From NCBI GenBank assembly GCA_963767275.1, contig CAVYDL010000007.1, positions 190,420 to 254,419 of the forward strand: a stretch of DNA of 64,000 bases. The letters are read 5' to 3'. The stretch's first letter is position 1, and every line of letters starts with the position of its first letter. The stretch comes from an uncultured delta proteobacterium (GTDB lineage Bacteria > Desulfobacterota > Binatia > UBA9968). Of this stretch, positions 1 to 9,253 are shown in pieces. Made by a program: the position numbers and the translations under genes. Below the pieces are notes generated by a model that saw only the letters and a program-made list of their open reading frames with translations, searched no databases and was not told where the DNA came from.

Positions 1-105
1 CGACGCTCCGGCGCCGAGTAGCCACATGAGGTTACTCGCGCGCATTGAGAAGCGCCGCGCAAAGTCATCCGCGGCGATACGAGGGATAGCGGTATCGTCG
101 TTCAT
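1..105 (-). CDS. SIR2-domain protein, N-terminus only (runs off left edge)
   Basis: Hand translation from ATG at 105: MNDDTAIPRIAADDFARRFSMRASNLMWLLGAGAS, open to position 1. LGAGAS is the SIR2 NAD-binding loop. Absent from the ORF track. Confidence 0.75.
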   Translation of the reverse strand, partial: MNDDTAIPRIAADDFARRFSMRASNLMWLLGAGAS

Positions 106-246
106 CCTTGATCACACAGACGTGAAATCCTTGGTAAGCCTCCGATTAGTGAGGATGGGACTCTAAGTGTACGGCGGGCTTGATTGTGTAGCCGATGACT
201 TCATGCCGCCCTCGGCTATGATCTTTACGATTAGCATATCTGCGGC

Positions 247-290
247 GCATAACGCCAGCGTTGACAGCTACTGTGAGCGGGCGTTATACG
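247..290 (+). promoter_or_regulatory. Putative sigma70 promoter inside an inverted repeat
   Basis: TTGACA at 261-266 and TATACG at 285-290, flanked by ATAACGCC (249-256) / GGCGTTAT (280-287). Confidence 0.35.
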
Positions 291-364
291 ACAAAGGATC
301 TTTTGTTAAGGCAGTCGCTAAAGGTCTGCGCAACGAGGATACCTTTGGAAAAGGAACGGTCCTA

Positions 365-1347
365 ATGATTAAAGGCGCGTTGTTATTTTATTTGCTTCTA
401 ACAATCTTGCACTGCTTCGTTTTCGCGACCGGAGCTCACGCCAAGGACATCAATCTCGGCTGGTCCGGGCATCGGCAGTTGGACGACGCTGCCCTATGTC
501 GTTGCCAAGGAAAGAGGATTCTTCGAGAGCGAGGGGTTGAAGGTTCACCTCATCACTTTTCGCGGCACCAATCTGATGCTCACGGCACTGCTGGCCGGAC
601 GAATTGGATTACGCGACTATCTTGCCGTTTTTAACCGGCGCGGCGGCGCGCGGCCTGCCGGTGAAGATACTCGCCGCAGTGACCAAGAGCAGCTCCTATT
701 TTATGGTCGCGCGGCCCGAGATCGAGAGCGTCAAAGCATTGCGCGGCAAGAAACTCGGCATCAATTCCTTCGGCAGCTCGGCGGACTACGCGGCTTACGC
801 CGCGGTGAGCCGGAGCGGCATGGATCCCAACAAAGATCTCACGATACTCGCCATCGGCGGCGGCACCCCCGAGCGTCTGGCGGCGGTGGTCAGCGGCAGC
901 GTCGATGCCACGGTCATCACCAGTCCGGCCGAATATGCCGCCGAGAAGCAGGGGTTGCGCGTGATCATGTCGGCGCAGCGAATTGGGTGCAGTTGGTGCG
1001 TATTCCGATCACCGGCGTCGGCGCGACGCAGAAAAAAATGGAAAAAGACCCGGATGAAATCGTCCGCATATTGCGCGCGCTGCGGCTGTCGACGCATGTA
1101 TTTGCTGCAGAATCAGGAATACAGTCATGGCCTGTTTCAAAGAATAATGCGCGTGGACGCCGCCGCAGCGAACACATTGTTCAAGCTCTACCGCGATCAG
1201 TACAACCCGGAATTGACGCTCCCCGATGCTATCGTGGAGGATTTGCTCGCCGTGGGCACGTTCAGGCTAAAGGAAAAACCCAAAGACGGCACTGACGGTG
1301 CAAGCTGTGCGCGATTGGAGCTTTCGCGGAAAAGGCCAAGACGGTAA
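365..1347 (+). CDS. ABC substrate-binding protein, NMT1/THI5/SsuA family (several frameshifts, probably sequencing errors)
   Basis: Signal peptide MIKGALLF..AHA. Pieces LPYVVAKERGFFESEGLKV, LRGKKLGINSFGS and ERLAAVVSGSVDAT lie in three frames, switching near 468, 599, 980-990 and 1095. End approximate. Confidence 0.75.
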
Positions 1348-1381
1348 TGTCTTTTTACCGGATGGTTGAAATGTTGCGGCC

Positions 1382-2426
1382 TCAGAAGCTGAGAGGGTTC
1401 TGGGAAATTCGGTTTATGACCGCCAGCGGCACTCCGAGAATTTTCGCCGGATTGTCGCAGCAAACGGTTTTCAGTTCCGCCTTATTCAATCCGAACGCTT
1501 CCATGTAGGCGCGCATCTGGCGCAGCGCTTCCACCGAGTTGGGGAACAGCGGCTCGCCGCAGTCGCTCGACAAGGTGACGTGCTCGACGCCGATGCTGCG
1601 GATCGCTTTGTACATGTCGAAGGGGTCGACGCCGAGCAGCGGTGAAATCTCGTCGTAGGTAAAGTTGATGTTAACGCCGGCCTGGCCCAGCTGGGTCATC
1701 TGAGCGATGCTCAGGTTGACGAAGGGGCTAAACGGATGATCGACGACGGCGCGGCTGTGGCCGATCCGCTGGCATTCCTCGGCGAACGCGAAAATTTCCG
1801 GGTGGGTCGCGTGGCCGAAGAACAGCGGCACCTCGCGTTCCTTCAACAATCCGATGATGTCTTTGATTTCTGGCTTGAGCCGGCCTTTGTCGTCGAGCGC
1901 ATAGTGGCCGACTTTAAGTGCTTCTTCCCAGCTCATTGCCGGCGTTAGCTCGCCGCGGCCGGCGTTCGGGTCCCACCAGGATTTCCGTCCACCGATTTTG
2001 CTTAGCGTATTGGCATGCATCGCTACCGGCATCCACATGGCGTTGATGCCGCCGTCGAGCTGCTCGCGGACTTTTGCCGCCGACGGCGCTGCGGAGCGGT
2101 TGGCGACATTGGAGCCGGCCCAGCAGAGGATCGGTTCGACCTTTTCCGTCGTCGGCCCAGCGTTGCAATCCTTCACGGACCTTTTGCACCGATTCGGCGC
2201 GGTTCTTGCCGGCGATGGATTTGTAGAGCAGGCCGCGCATGCCGTTCGTCGACGCGAGTTTGGCCACCGAGAGCGCATCTTGATGCGCCGCGTCGGCGTG
2301 GCAGTGAATGTCGATGGCGCCTTTAACGCCGCTGATCGCCGGCGGATACTCCACGCCGCCTTGGTAGGCTCGGCGGATCTCGTAGGACTTGACGAATCGA
2401 GCCATAGTTGTGGCGTTTTCGCTCAT
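1382..2426 (-). CDS. DUF6282-like metal-dependent TIM-barrel hydrolase (frameshift near 2147)
   Basis: GAIDIHCH, FFGH, VVDHP and TLSSDCG motifs across ORFs 1914..2477 and 1382..2278. Confidence 0.65.
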
Positions 2427-2575
2427 GGAATTTCGCTTTCTTGGATGTTCAAAAATTTCACTGTCGAGGGGTAACATCGGTGTCGCAGCGTGTCAAATCG
2501 ACGGGCGGGATTCAAATCCGTTGCGACACAGATGGTTGCACTGGCATATGGATTCAGTGATATTGATTTACTCTA

Positions 2576-3598
2576 TTACTCCATTAGCGTCTTCACGCGC
2601 GCCACTACTTCAGGCGTCTGCACCATGACTTTTTTGGCTAACTCTTGGAGGTCTTCGCCTGGAGTGGGCGTGATGTCGAGATTTTTTCTTTTCGCTTCGG
2701 CCAGCAGTTCGGGATCGGCCAGCGTCTTGAGGAATGCTTCGCGGAGGATTTTGACTCTGGCCGGCGGCACGCCCGGGGGAGCGACCATGGGACGGCCGAA
2801 GTCGCTGGCGGCGAGGATCAACGGCAGCAAGCGCCGTTCGGACTCTGCGGTCTTATGTTCATTCATCAGCTCGTAGATGGTCGGCGTGTCAGCGATGCGC
2901 GGGTCCCGGCTCTGGCCGGTTTGCATCAAGATGCGCGCGAAGCCGGTTTTACGCCAGGTATGGTAGGGCTCGCGGGTATGATACGCCTGAATCGTGAGGG
3001 CGCGGCATTGAAGTTCGCCCCGTTCCACCGCCAGATCAATTTCGGCACCGCCCTTGTAGCCGGAAATGATGATGAATTTCGTGCCAAGCAGTTCTTCCAG
3101 TAGTTTGGGCATATAAGTGCCGGAAGTACCGGGGCCGGTGGAACCACATTTGGGCGGCTCCTTGGCCTTGCGCACATCGGCCAGAGTTTTGTACGGCAGG
3201 TCGGCGCGCATATAGAGCAGACTTTCGGACTGGTCCGAGCTGCCGAGCCAGTTGAACTTTGCCCAGTCGTACTTGGCCTCGGGCTGCTTGTACAGCTGGT
3301 TGAAATACATCGACGGTTGCAAGCCGCCGATCACCGTGCCGTCGCCCTTGGCCAGGCCGTAGAGATAGTTGGTGCCGATGAGCGATCCGGCACCGGCCAT
3401 GTTCTGGACGATAAAGCTGGGATTGCCGGGAATATGCCTGCCCATGAACTGAGCCACGAGCCGGGCATAAATATCGTAAGCGCTACCGGTGCTCGACGTG
3501 CTGATGACGGTAATAGTTTTGCCTTGAAAGAATGGGTTTTGCGCCCAGAGTTCCGCGCTCCAGAGAATTATCGTCACTAATAAAAGAAGTCTTTTCAT
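2576..3598 (-). CDS. tctC: Tripartite tricarboxylate transporter substrate-binding protein (TctC/Bug)
   Basis: Signal peptide; YDIYARLVAQFMGRHIPGNP, VQNMAGAGS, GYKGGAEIDLAVERGE. Confidence 0.9.
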   Translation of the reverse strand: MKRLLLLVTIILWSAELWAQNPFFQGKTITVISTSSTGSAYDIYARLVAQFMGRHIPGNPSFIVQNMAGAGSLIGTNYLYGLAKGDGTVIGGLQPSMYFNQLYKQPEAKYDWAKFNWLGSSDQSESLLYMRADLPYKTLADVRKAKEPPKCGSTGPGTSGTYMPKLLEELLGTKFIIISGYKGGAEIDLAVERGELQCRALTIQAYHTREPYHTWRKTGFARILMQTGQSRDPRIADTPTIYELMNEHKTAESERRLLPLILAASDFGRPMVAPPGVPPARVKILREAFLKTLADPELLAEAKRKNLDITPTPGEDLQELAKKVMVQTPEVVARVKTLME

Positions 3599-3689
3599 AA
3601 AGCCTCTCTTTCGATCAATTCAAACCGTATGTTCGCTTTGCGCGCGCGGATCGGCTCGACGATAATTTATCGTAGGGTCAAACTTCCCG

Positions 3690-4715
3690 TCACTGCTCCA
3701 TCAACCGCTTTGCTCGGGCGATGAGATCCGGTGTCTGGGTCATCACGTGCTTGGCTAAGGTAGCGAGTTCTTCGCCGCTGCTGGGGGTGATGTCGAAGTT
3801 CTTGCGTTTGGCCTCGGCCAGCAGTTCGGGATCTTTCATGGTGTTTAGGAATGCTTCACGAAGAACTTTAAGCCGGTCGGATGCTAGGCCGGGAGGCGCT
3901 ACGATGGGGCGGCCGAAATCGTTGGCAGCCAGGACCATGGGGACCAGGCGGCGATCGTTTTCGGAAGTTTTATATTCGTCCATTAGCTCGCGCAAGGTCG
4001 GCGTGTCGGCGATACGGGGATCGCGAGTCTGGCCGGTCTGCATCAGAATGCGGGCAAAGCCTTTCTTCCTCCAGGTGTGGTACGGCTCGCGCGAATGGTA
4101 GGCTTGGATGGTAAACGAGCGGCAGTGCAACTCGCCCCGTTCAACGGCGAGATCTATTTCACCGCCGCCCTGATAGCCGGCGACGATGGTAAATTTGGTG
4201 CCGAGGACTTCTTCCAACAACTTTGGCATGTAACTACCTGACGTACCCGCGCCGGTGGAGCCGCATTTGGGCGGTTCCTTGGCCTTGCGCACATCGGCGA
4301 GCGTCTTATAGGGCTGATCGGCGCGCATGTAAAGCAAATAGTCGGATTTGTCCGAGCTGCCGATCCAGGCGAACTTCGCCCAATCGTATCTCACTTCTTT
4401 CTGCTGCATCAGTTGGTTGAAATAGATCGACGGCTGAATCGCGCCGATGGTCAGACCGTCGGGCTTGGAAACATTGTACAGGTAATTGGCGCCGATGATC
4501 GAACCGGCGCCGGTCATATTCTGGACAATGAAATTAGGATTGCCGGGAATATGCTTGCCCATGAATTGGGCCATCAAGCGGGCGTAGAGATCATAGGCGC
4601 TGCCCGCGCTGGCGGCGGCGATGACCGTGATGGTTTTGCCCTGATAGAACGGGGTCTGGGCGCGAAGCTCGCTGTAGCTTCCCAATAGTAAGATGACGAG
4701 TAGGCTGAAAATCAT
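3690..4715 (-). CDS. tctC: TctC/Bug substrate-binding protein, close paralog of its neighbour
   Basis: Same motifs, with long runs identical to 2576..3598. Confidence 0.9.
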   Translation of the reverse strand: MIFSLLVILLLGSYSELRAQTPFYQGKTITVIAAASAGSAYDLYARLMAQFMGKHIPGNPNFIVQNMTGAGSIIGANYLYNVSKPDGLTIGAIQPSIYFNQLMQQKEVRYDWAKFAWIGSSDKSDYLLYMRADQPYKTLADVRKAKEPPKCGSTGAGTSGSYMPKLLEEVLGTKFTIVAGYQGGGEIDLAVERGELHCRSFTIQAYHSREPYHTWRKKGFARILMQTGQTRDPRIADTPTLRELMDEYKTSENDRRLVPMVLAANDFGRPIVAPPGLASDRLKVLREAFLNTMKDPELLAEAKRKNFDITPSSGEELATLAKHVMTQTPDLIARAKRLMEQ

Positions 4716-4730
4716 TGTCGCTCCCGGGTT

Positions 4731-5846
4731 TCAGCTCAATCCATAGAATCGCTTCGGGTTGTCGGTGAAAATTTTCTCAACTAAACCCGGTGCCAGGTCC
4801 TTGCGCGATTTCATGGTTTGCACCAATAATTTTTCTTCCGCCGGATCATTGTGACCATAATCGGAGCCGATCAGTAAATTGTCTGCGCCGATAAATTCCG
4901 CCAGGTAGGGGATGTCTTCGTCAGCCTCGCAGGCGACGTAGATGCGGTAGTCGCGGAAGAGCTCCTTGCATGATGAAAACTTCCAGCGCGCGTTGGGAAA
5001 ACTCGGGCGCGGGCGCGCCGAGCGCTTGAGGTGATGATAGAGAAACGGCACCCAGCTCGCCGAGACTTCGAGAAAGCCGAATTTTAGAGCTGGAAACTTC
5101 TCGGGGATCGCGCTGGAGACCAAATCGCGGAAGCCGACGATGGGCGGCACATGTGAGGTGGCGAAGGTGCCATTCAATTCGAGATCGAAAAAGTCGAGCA
5201 AGTGGCGGCTGCTCTGGCCGGTATGGACGCAGATCGGTAGGCCAAGCTTTTCGGCCTCGGCGTAGATCGGCATGAAGTGGGGATTGTTCAACGTCAGTGA
5301 GCCGATGATGCCGCTGAAAAAGATGCCGACGGCGCCGTTCTTCTTGGCTTCGTGCATCTGCTTGATCGATGCATCCACTGATTTTAGCGGCAGCACCGTG
5401 ACCCAGCGCAGCCGGTTATTGGATTTGCCATAAACTTCGCCGAGGAATTTATTGTAAGCGTCACAGAGGGCGACTTGAAGCTTGGTGTCCTCGGTCACGT
5501 CGATGAGAAATAGGGTGGGGTAGATGACCTGGGTGTCGACGCCGGCATGATCCATGTCGGCCAAACGAGCCGGCACGTCGGTGATCTCGCGGCAGCCCAG
5601 AGCGATGTCGGTTCTTCCCGCTTCGCGTTTCGACGCCGTCGGCGTGATAATGCGAAAGCCGCCCTTGCCCGAGGCTTTTGGAAAGATATTGCCGTCGATC
5701 AACCATAGCACATTGAAGTCGCGATAGAGCGTGTCGTCGGGCGCCGATACCATGACTGGGCGGCGATGGCGCATGCTCGGATCGAAATGCTTCCACATGC
5801 TCTCCGATTCGGCGATATGGGTATCGGCATCGATGATTCCTGCCAT
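4731..5846 (-). CDS. Amidohydrolase_2 family protein
   Basis: MAGIIDADTH with GGAGG RBS; RLADMD, QVIYPT, LPICVH, GSDYGHND. Confidence 0.88.
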   Translation of the reverse strand: MAGIIDADTHIAESESMWKHFDPSMRHRRPVMVSAPDDTLYRDFNVLWLIDGNIFPKASGKGGFRIITPTASKREAGRTDIALGCREITDVPARLADMDHAGVDTQVIYPTLFLIDVTEDTKLQVALCDAYNKFLGEVYGKSNNRLRWVTVLPLKSVDASIKQMHEAKKNGAVGIFFSGIIGSLTLNNPHFMPIYAEAEKLGLPICVHTGQSSRHLLDFFDLELNGTFATSHVPPIVGFRDLVSSAIPEKFPALKFGFLEVSASWVPFLYHHLKRSARPRPSFPNARWKFSSCKELFRDYRIYVACEADEDIPYLAEFIGADNLLIGSDYGHNDPAEEKLLVQTMKSRKDLAPGLVEKIFTDNPKRFYGLS

Positions 5847-5871
5847 GGTCACTGCCTCCGGGAAATTATTT

Positions 5872-5953
5872 TTCATTATGAAGGCACGAAGATCACGAAG
5901 TTCGGAATATTAATTATCGGCAACCTTCGTGTCCTTCGTGCCTTCGTGGTGAA
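5872..5953. repeat. Palindromic repeat built of CACGAAG/CTTCGTG units
   Basis: tgaaggcacgaagatcacgaag pairs with cttcgtgtccttcgtgccttcg across an AT-rich loop. Confidence 0.8.
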
Positions 5954-5967
5954 GGTATTTAGCCCTG

Positions 5968-6936
5968 TCATTGCGCTTTCCAGCCGAGCTCATCGGCGCT
6001 GAAGCGCGAATATTTTTCGATTTCTTCTTTGACCAACTTGTTAAGTTCCGCGGTTGCGGTGCGCAGGTCGACGTTGTAGCCGCGGCTCTTGAGATTTTCC
6101 TGAAGCTTCGGCTCTTGCAGGGTCTTGCGGATCGCATCGGCCAAAACCTTGGTCGTTGCCTCCGGGGTGCCCTGGGGCGCGAGAAAGGCGAGATGGGCCA
6201 GGAGATTGACCTGCGGATAACCCTGTTTGGCGAAAGTCGCGACTTCGGGCAACGTCGCGGAGTTGACGTCGACGGCGACGCCGTGGAGCTTGCCGGATTT
6301 GATATGCGGCAAAGCCGCGACATCGGACGCCATCGCTAAATTGATATGGCCGCCCAAGAGATTGGTGATGATTTGCGCCGAGCCGGCGAATGGCAGCGAT
6401 GTAATATCGATTTTGGCGGCGCGTTTCAAAAGCTCTACTTCCAAGGTGAGGCTGGTGCCGGTGGGACCGACGCCGACGATGATCTCGCCCGGTTTCTTCT
6501 GTGCCGCGGCGACTACGTCTTTGATGCTTTTCAACTCGGAGTCGGCGCGGCTCAGCATGATGACGGCGGCGTAGCCATGCAAGATCGCCACCGGTTGAAA
6601 ATCCCGAACCAAGTGCGCCGCGCCTTTGGCATTGGCCACACTCATGGTGGCGATCTGGCCGAGCAGCGAGCCCAACAGCGTGTAGCCGTCTTTGCTCGAT
6701 CTGGCGACTTTCTCCGCGGCGATGGCACCGGCGCCGGCCGGTTGATTGGTGACGTTGATTTGCACCTTGGTGGTTTTGCTCAGTTCCTCGCCGAGCAGGC
6801 GAAACAACAAATCGACGCCGCCGCCCGGGCTCGATGGCACGACGATTTCGATCGGCTTGTTAGGGAAAGGCTGCGCACCTACCGAGGCAAAGGGTCCGAG
6901 CACCAGTAAGGTAATCAGAATCAACTTAAATGTCAT
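5968..6936 (-). CDS. tctC: TctC/Bug substrate-binding protein (classical type)
   Basis: FPNKPIEIVVPSSPGGGVD, NQPAGAG, DGYTLL, LLGGHI. Confidence 0.92.
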   Translation of the reverse strand: MTFKLILITLLVLGPFASVGAQPFPNKPIEIVVPSSPGGGVDLLFRLLGEELSKTTKVQINVTNQPAGAGAIAAEKVARSSKDGYTLLGSLLGQIATMSVANAKGAAHLVRDFQPVAILHGYAAVIMLSRADSELKSIKDVVAAAQKKPGEIIVGVGPTGTSLTLEVELLKRAAKIDITSLPFAGSAQIITNLLGGHINLAMASDVAALPHIKSGKLHGVAVDVNSATLPEVATFAKQGYPQVNLLAHLAFLAPQGTPEATTKVLADAIRKTLQEPKLQENLKSRGYNVDLRTATAELNKLVKEEIEKYSRFSADELGWKAQ

Positions 6937-6965
6937 GATTCCTCCGAAGCAACATGGTGTTTAGT

Positions 6966-7160
6966 TAGGGGGGCTGCTAAACAACTCTTTCGGAGTCCTT
7001 CGACCGTTCGAGAAGCCTCACGGCAGGCTTCCTCGGCGGCCTTTAGTTCCGAGCCCGTCGAGGAATCAGGACGAACGGAAAGGGCGGATTAATTGATTGA
7101 ATGAGTCCGTTCATGCTGAGCTTGTCGAAACATGTCCCAGCGTTTTTTAGCAACCTGCTA
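6966..7160. mobile_element. MITE-like non-autonomous element with nested hairpins
   Basis: Ends ggctgctaaacaa / ttttttagcaacc are 11/13 inverted; internal stems tcaggacgaacgga..tccgttcatgctga and ttcctcg..cgaggaa. Confidence 0.6.
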
Positions 7161-7202
7161 ATATCTGTGCCAGACAATGAGCGCGAATACAAAATGACCG
7201 GG

Positions 7203-8708
7203 TCAGCTGTCTTCGAGTTTCTCGATGATCTCATGTCCCACTCGGCGGCGCGCCAGGAGCGGCGTAAGCAGCATCACCAGGGACAGCGCCATGAAGAGCG
7301 CGGCGATGGGACGATTGAAGAAAATCGCGGCGCTGCCGCGCGACATGATGAGCGAGCGCCGGATGGCGGCTTCGAGGAGGGGGCCAATCACCAGGCCCAA
7401 CACCAACGGCGCCGGTTCGTAGGCGAATTTTTTCATCAGAAATCCGATCACTCCGAAGAGAATCACGATCACCACGTCGCCGAGGTTTGCCGACACCGTG
7501 TAGGCGCCGATGATGCTGAACAGAATGATCATCGGGAACAAATAAAAATACGGCAGGCGGAGCACGCGAATCCATAGACCGATCAACGGCAGATTCAAAA
7601 TCAGCAGCATGGTGTTGCCGATGACCATGCTGCCGAGGATGCCCCAGAAAAGCTGTGGCGAGTTTTGAATGAACAGCGGCCCTGGTGCCAGTCCATGGAT
7701 CATCAGCGCGCCGAAGATCAGCGAGGTCACCGATCCAGTCGGCAAGCCCAAGCTCAGCAGAGGTATCCAACCGCTGCAGCTCGCCGCGTTATTCGCCGTC
7801 TCGGGTCCGGCAACACCGGCGATGGCGCCATGACCGAATTTCTCCGGATGCTTGGACAGCTTTTTCTCCAGAGCGTAGGAAGCGAAGGTGGCGATGACGA
7901 CGTTCAATCCGGGAATGGCGCCGATGCAAAATCCCAAGAGCGAACCGCGCGCGATGGGCGCGGCCGAGTCACGCCAATCTTGCATTGTCGGTAGCAGGCC
8001 GCGCACCTTGTTTTGAAAAATCTCGCCGGCCTTGGCGTCGAGGTTGAGCAACACTTCGGATACTCCGAATAGACCGATCACCACCGGGGTCAGGCCGATA
8101 CCATCGCGCAGCACCAGAAAATTAAACGTGAAGCGCGGCGCGCCGGTGACCGGATCGAGTCCGACGCTGGCCAGCAGGGCGCCGAAAAGTGCCATCAGCA
8201 AAGCTTTATCCATCGGTCCGTGGGCCAGGTAAACCAGCGCGGTCAAGCCGAACAACATCAGCGCGGCGTACTCCGGCGGACCGAAGTGTAAGCCAAATTC
8301 CGCCAGCAGCGGCGCCAAAAAAGCCAGGCCCAAGAGTGCGACGATGCCGCCGATGAATGAGCCGAAAGCGGCCATGCCGAGAGCCGGACCGGCGCGACCC
8401 TGACGTGCCATGGCGTAACCGTCGAGACATGTGATCACCGAAGATGCTTCGCCGGGAATGTTGACTAAGATCGACGTCGTCGAGCCGCCATATTGAGCGC
8501 CGTAGGTGATGCCGAACAGCATGATCATGTAGGCGAGGGGCGGAGCGTGCAGTGCCAGGGGCAAGAGCAAGGCGATGGCGCCGGCCGGGCCGAGACCGGG
8601 TAGCACGCCGACCAGTGTCCCTAAGAGCACGCCGGCAAAGCCGTAGAATAGATTGAGCGGCGACGCGGCGGTGAGTACACCTTGCAAGAGTAGTTGGAGC
8701 GTGTCCAA
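7203..8708 (-). CDS. tctA: Tripartite tricarboxylate transporter permease
   Basis: GVLPGLGP, YGGSTTSILVNIPG, GVAGPETANNA; TTG start inferred. Confidence 0.95.
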   Translation of the reverse strand: MDTLQLLLQGVLTAASPLNLFYGFAGVLLGTLVGVLPGLGPAGAIALLLPLALHAPPLAYMIMLFGITYGAQYGGSTTSILVNIPGEASSVITCLDGYAMARQGRAGPALGMAAFGSFIGGIVALLGLAFLAPLLAEFGLHFGPPEYAALMLFGLTALVYLAHGPMDKALLMALFGALLASVGLDPVTGAPRFTFNFLVLRDGIGLTPVVIGLFGVSEVLLNLDAKAGEIFQNKVRGLLPTMQDWRDSAAPIARGSLLGFCIGAIPGLNVVIATFASYALEKKLSKHPEKFGHGAIAGVAGPETANNAASCSGWIPLLSLGLPTGSVTSLIFGALMIHGLAPGPLFIQNSPQLFWGILGSMVIGNTMLLILNLPLIGLWIRVLRLPYFYLFPMIILFSIIGAYTVSANLGDVVIVILFGVIGFLMKKFAYEPAPLVLGLVIGPLLEAAIRRSLIMSRGSAAIFFNRPIAALFMALSLVMLLTPLLARRRVGHEIIEKLEDS

Positions 8709-8718
8709 ACGATGCCTT

Positions 8719-9174
8719 TCAGATGAGCAGAGCGAGCAGGCCGCGCGGCAACTGCGCATGGAGCAAGACGTCGAAGAAAAGATGGGCACCGAGCGCGGCA
8801 ATGACAGCGAAGCTGACGCTCAAGCGCCAGGCCTGCGCCGCGACATACTTCAGGTAGAACGCAAGCAACAGAAACGTAGAGATAGCAAATCCGAGGGAGT
8901 CGAGCAGGAACGCATAGGCGAGCATGCCGGCGACGACGAAAAAAATCTTTTGCCATTGGTCGCCGCTGGTCGCCGTCTTGATGTCGGAAGCGGCGTCGTT
9001 GCCCGCCCCGCTTAATCGCAACAGCGCAATGGCGCCGATGGCGAGCGCCGCGCCGAAGGGAAAAAAACCCGCACCGGGTTTCCCACCGGTGCCCAGGCCA
9101 AGTTGATACGCCGCATAGGCTACGTAGGAGGAGAGCAGCAGCCAGAAAATGGCGATGATGCAGCGGCTTTTCAT
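8719..9174 (-). CDS. tctB: Tripartite tricarboxylate transporter small membrane subunit
   Basis: PGAGFFP motif, several hydrophobic helices, LP.G C-terminus, directly upstream of tctA. Confidence 0.9.
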   Translation of the reverse strand: MKSRCIIAIFWLLLSSYVAYAAYQLGLGTGGKPGAGFFPFGAALAIGAIALLRLSGAGNDAASDIKTATSGDQWQKIFFVVAGMLAYAFLLDSLGFAISTFLLLAFYLKYVAAQAWRLSVSFAVIAALGAHLFFDVLLHAQLPRGLLALLI

Positions 9175-9206
9175 GCGCCAAGATGAAAGTCGGCTGGGAT
9201 GTTCTT

Positions 9207-9230
9207 ATAGAGGCGACCGGCCGGTCGCCG
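9207..9230. repeat. REP-like palindrome
   Basis: Perfect 18-bp palindrome ggcgaccggccggtcgcc (9212-9229) preceded by ATAG, a GTAG-like foot. Confidence 0.6.
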
Positions 9231-9253
9231 GTTCGAAGCACCACTATTCATTC

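Noticed and set aside
365-2426. Pseudogenes or programmed frameshifting in the NMT1 and DUF6282-like genes
   Set aside because: No in-frame decay and no slippery motifs; same extra-base pattern as in essential waaA, so sequencing error is more likely
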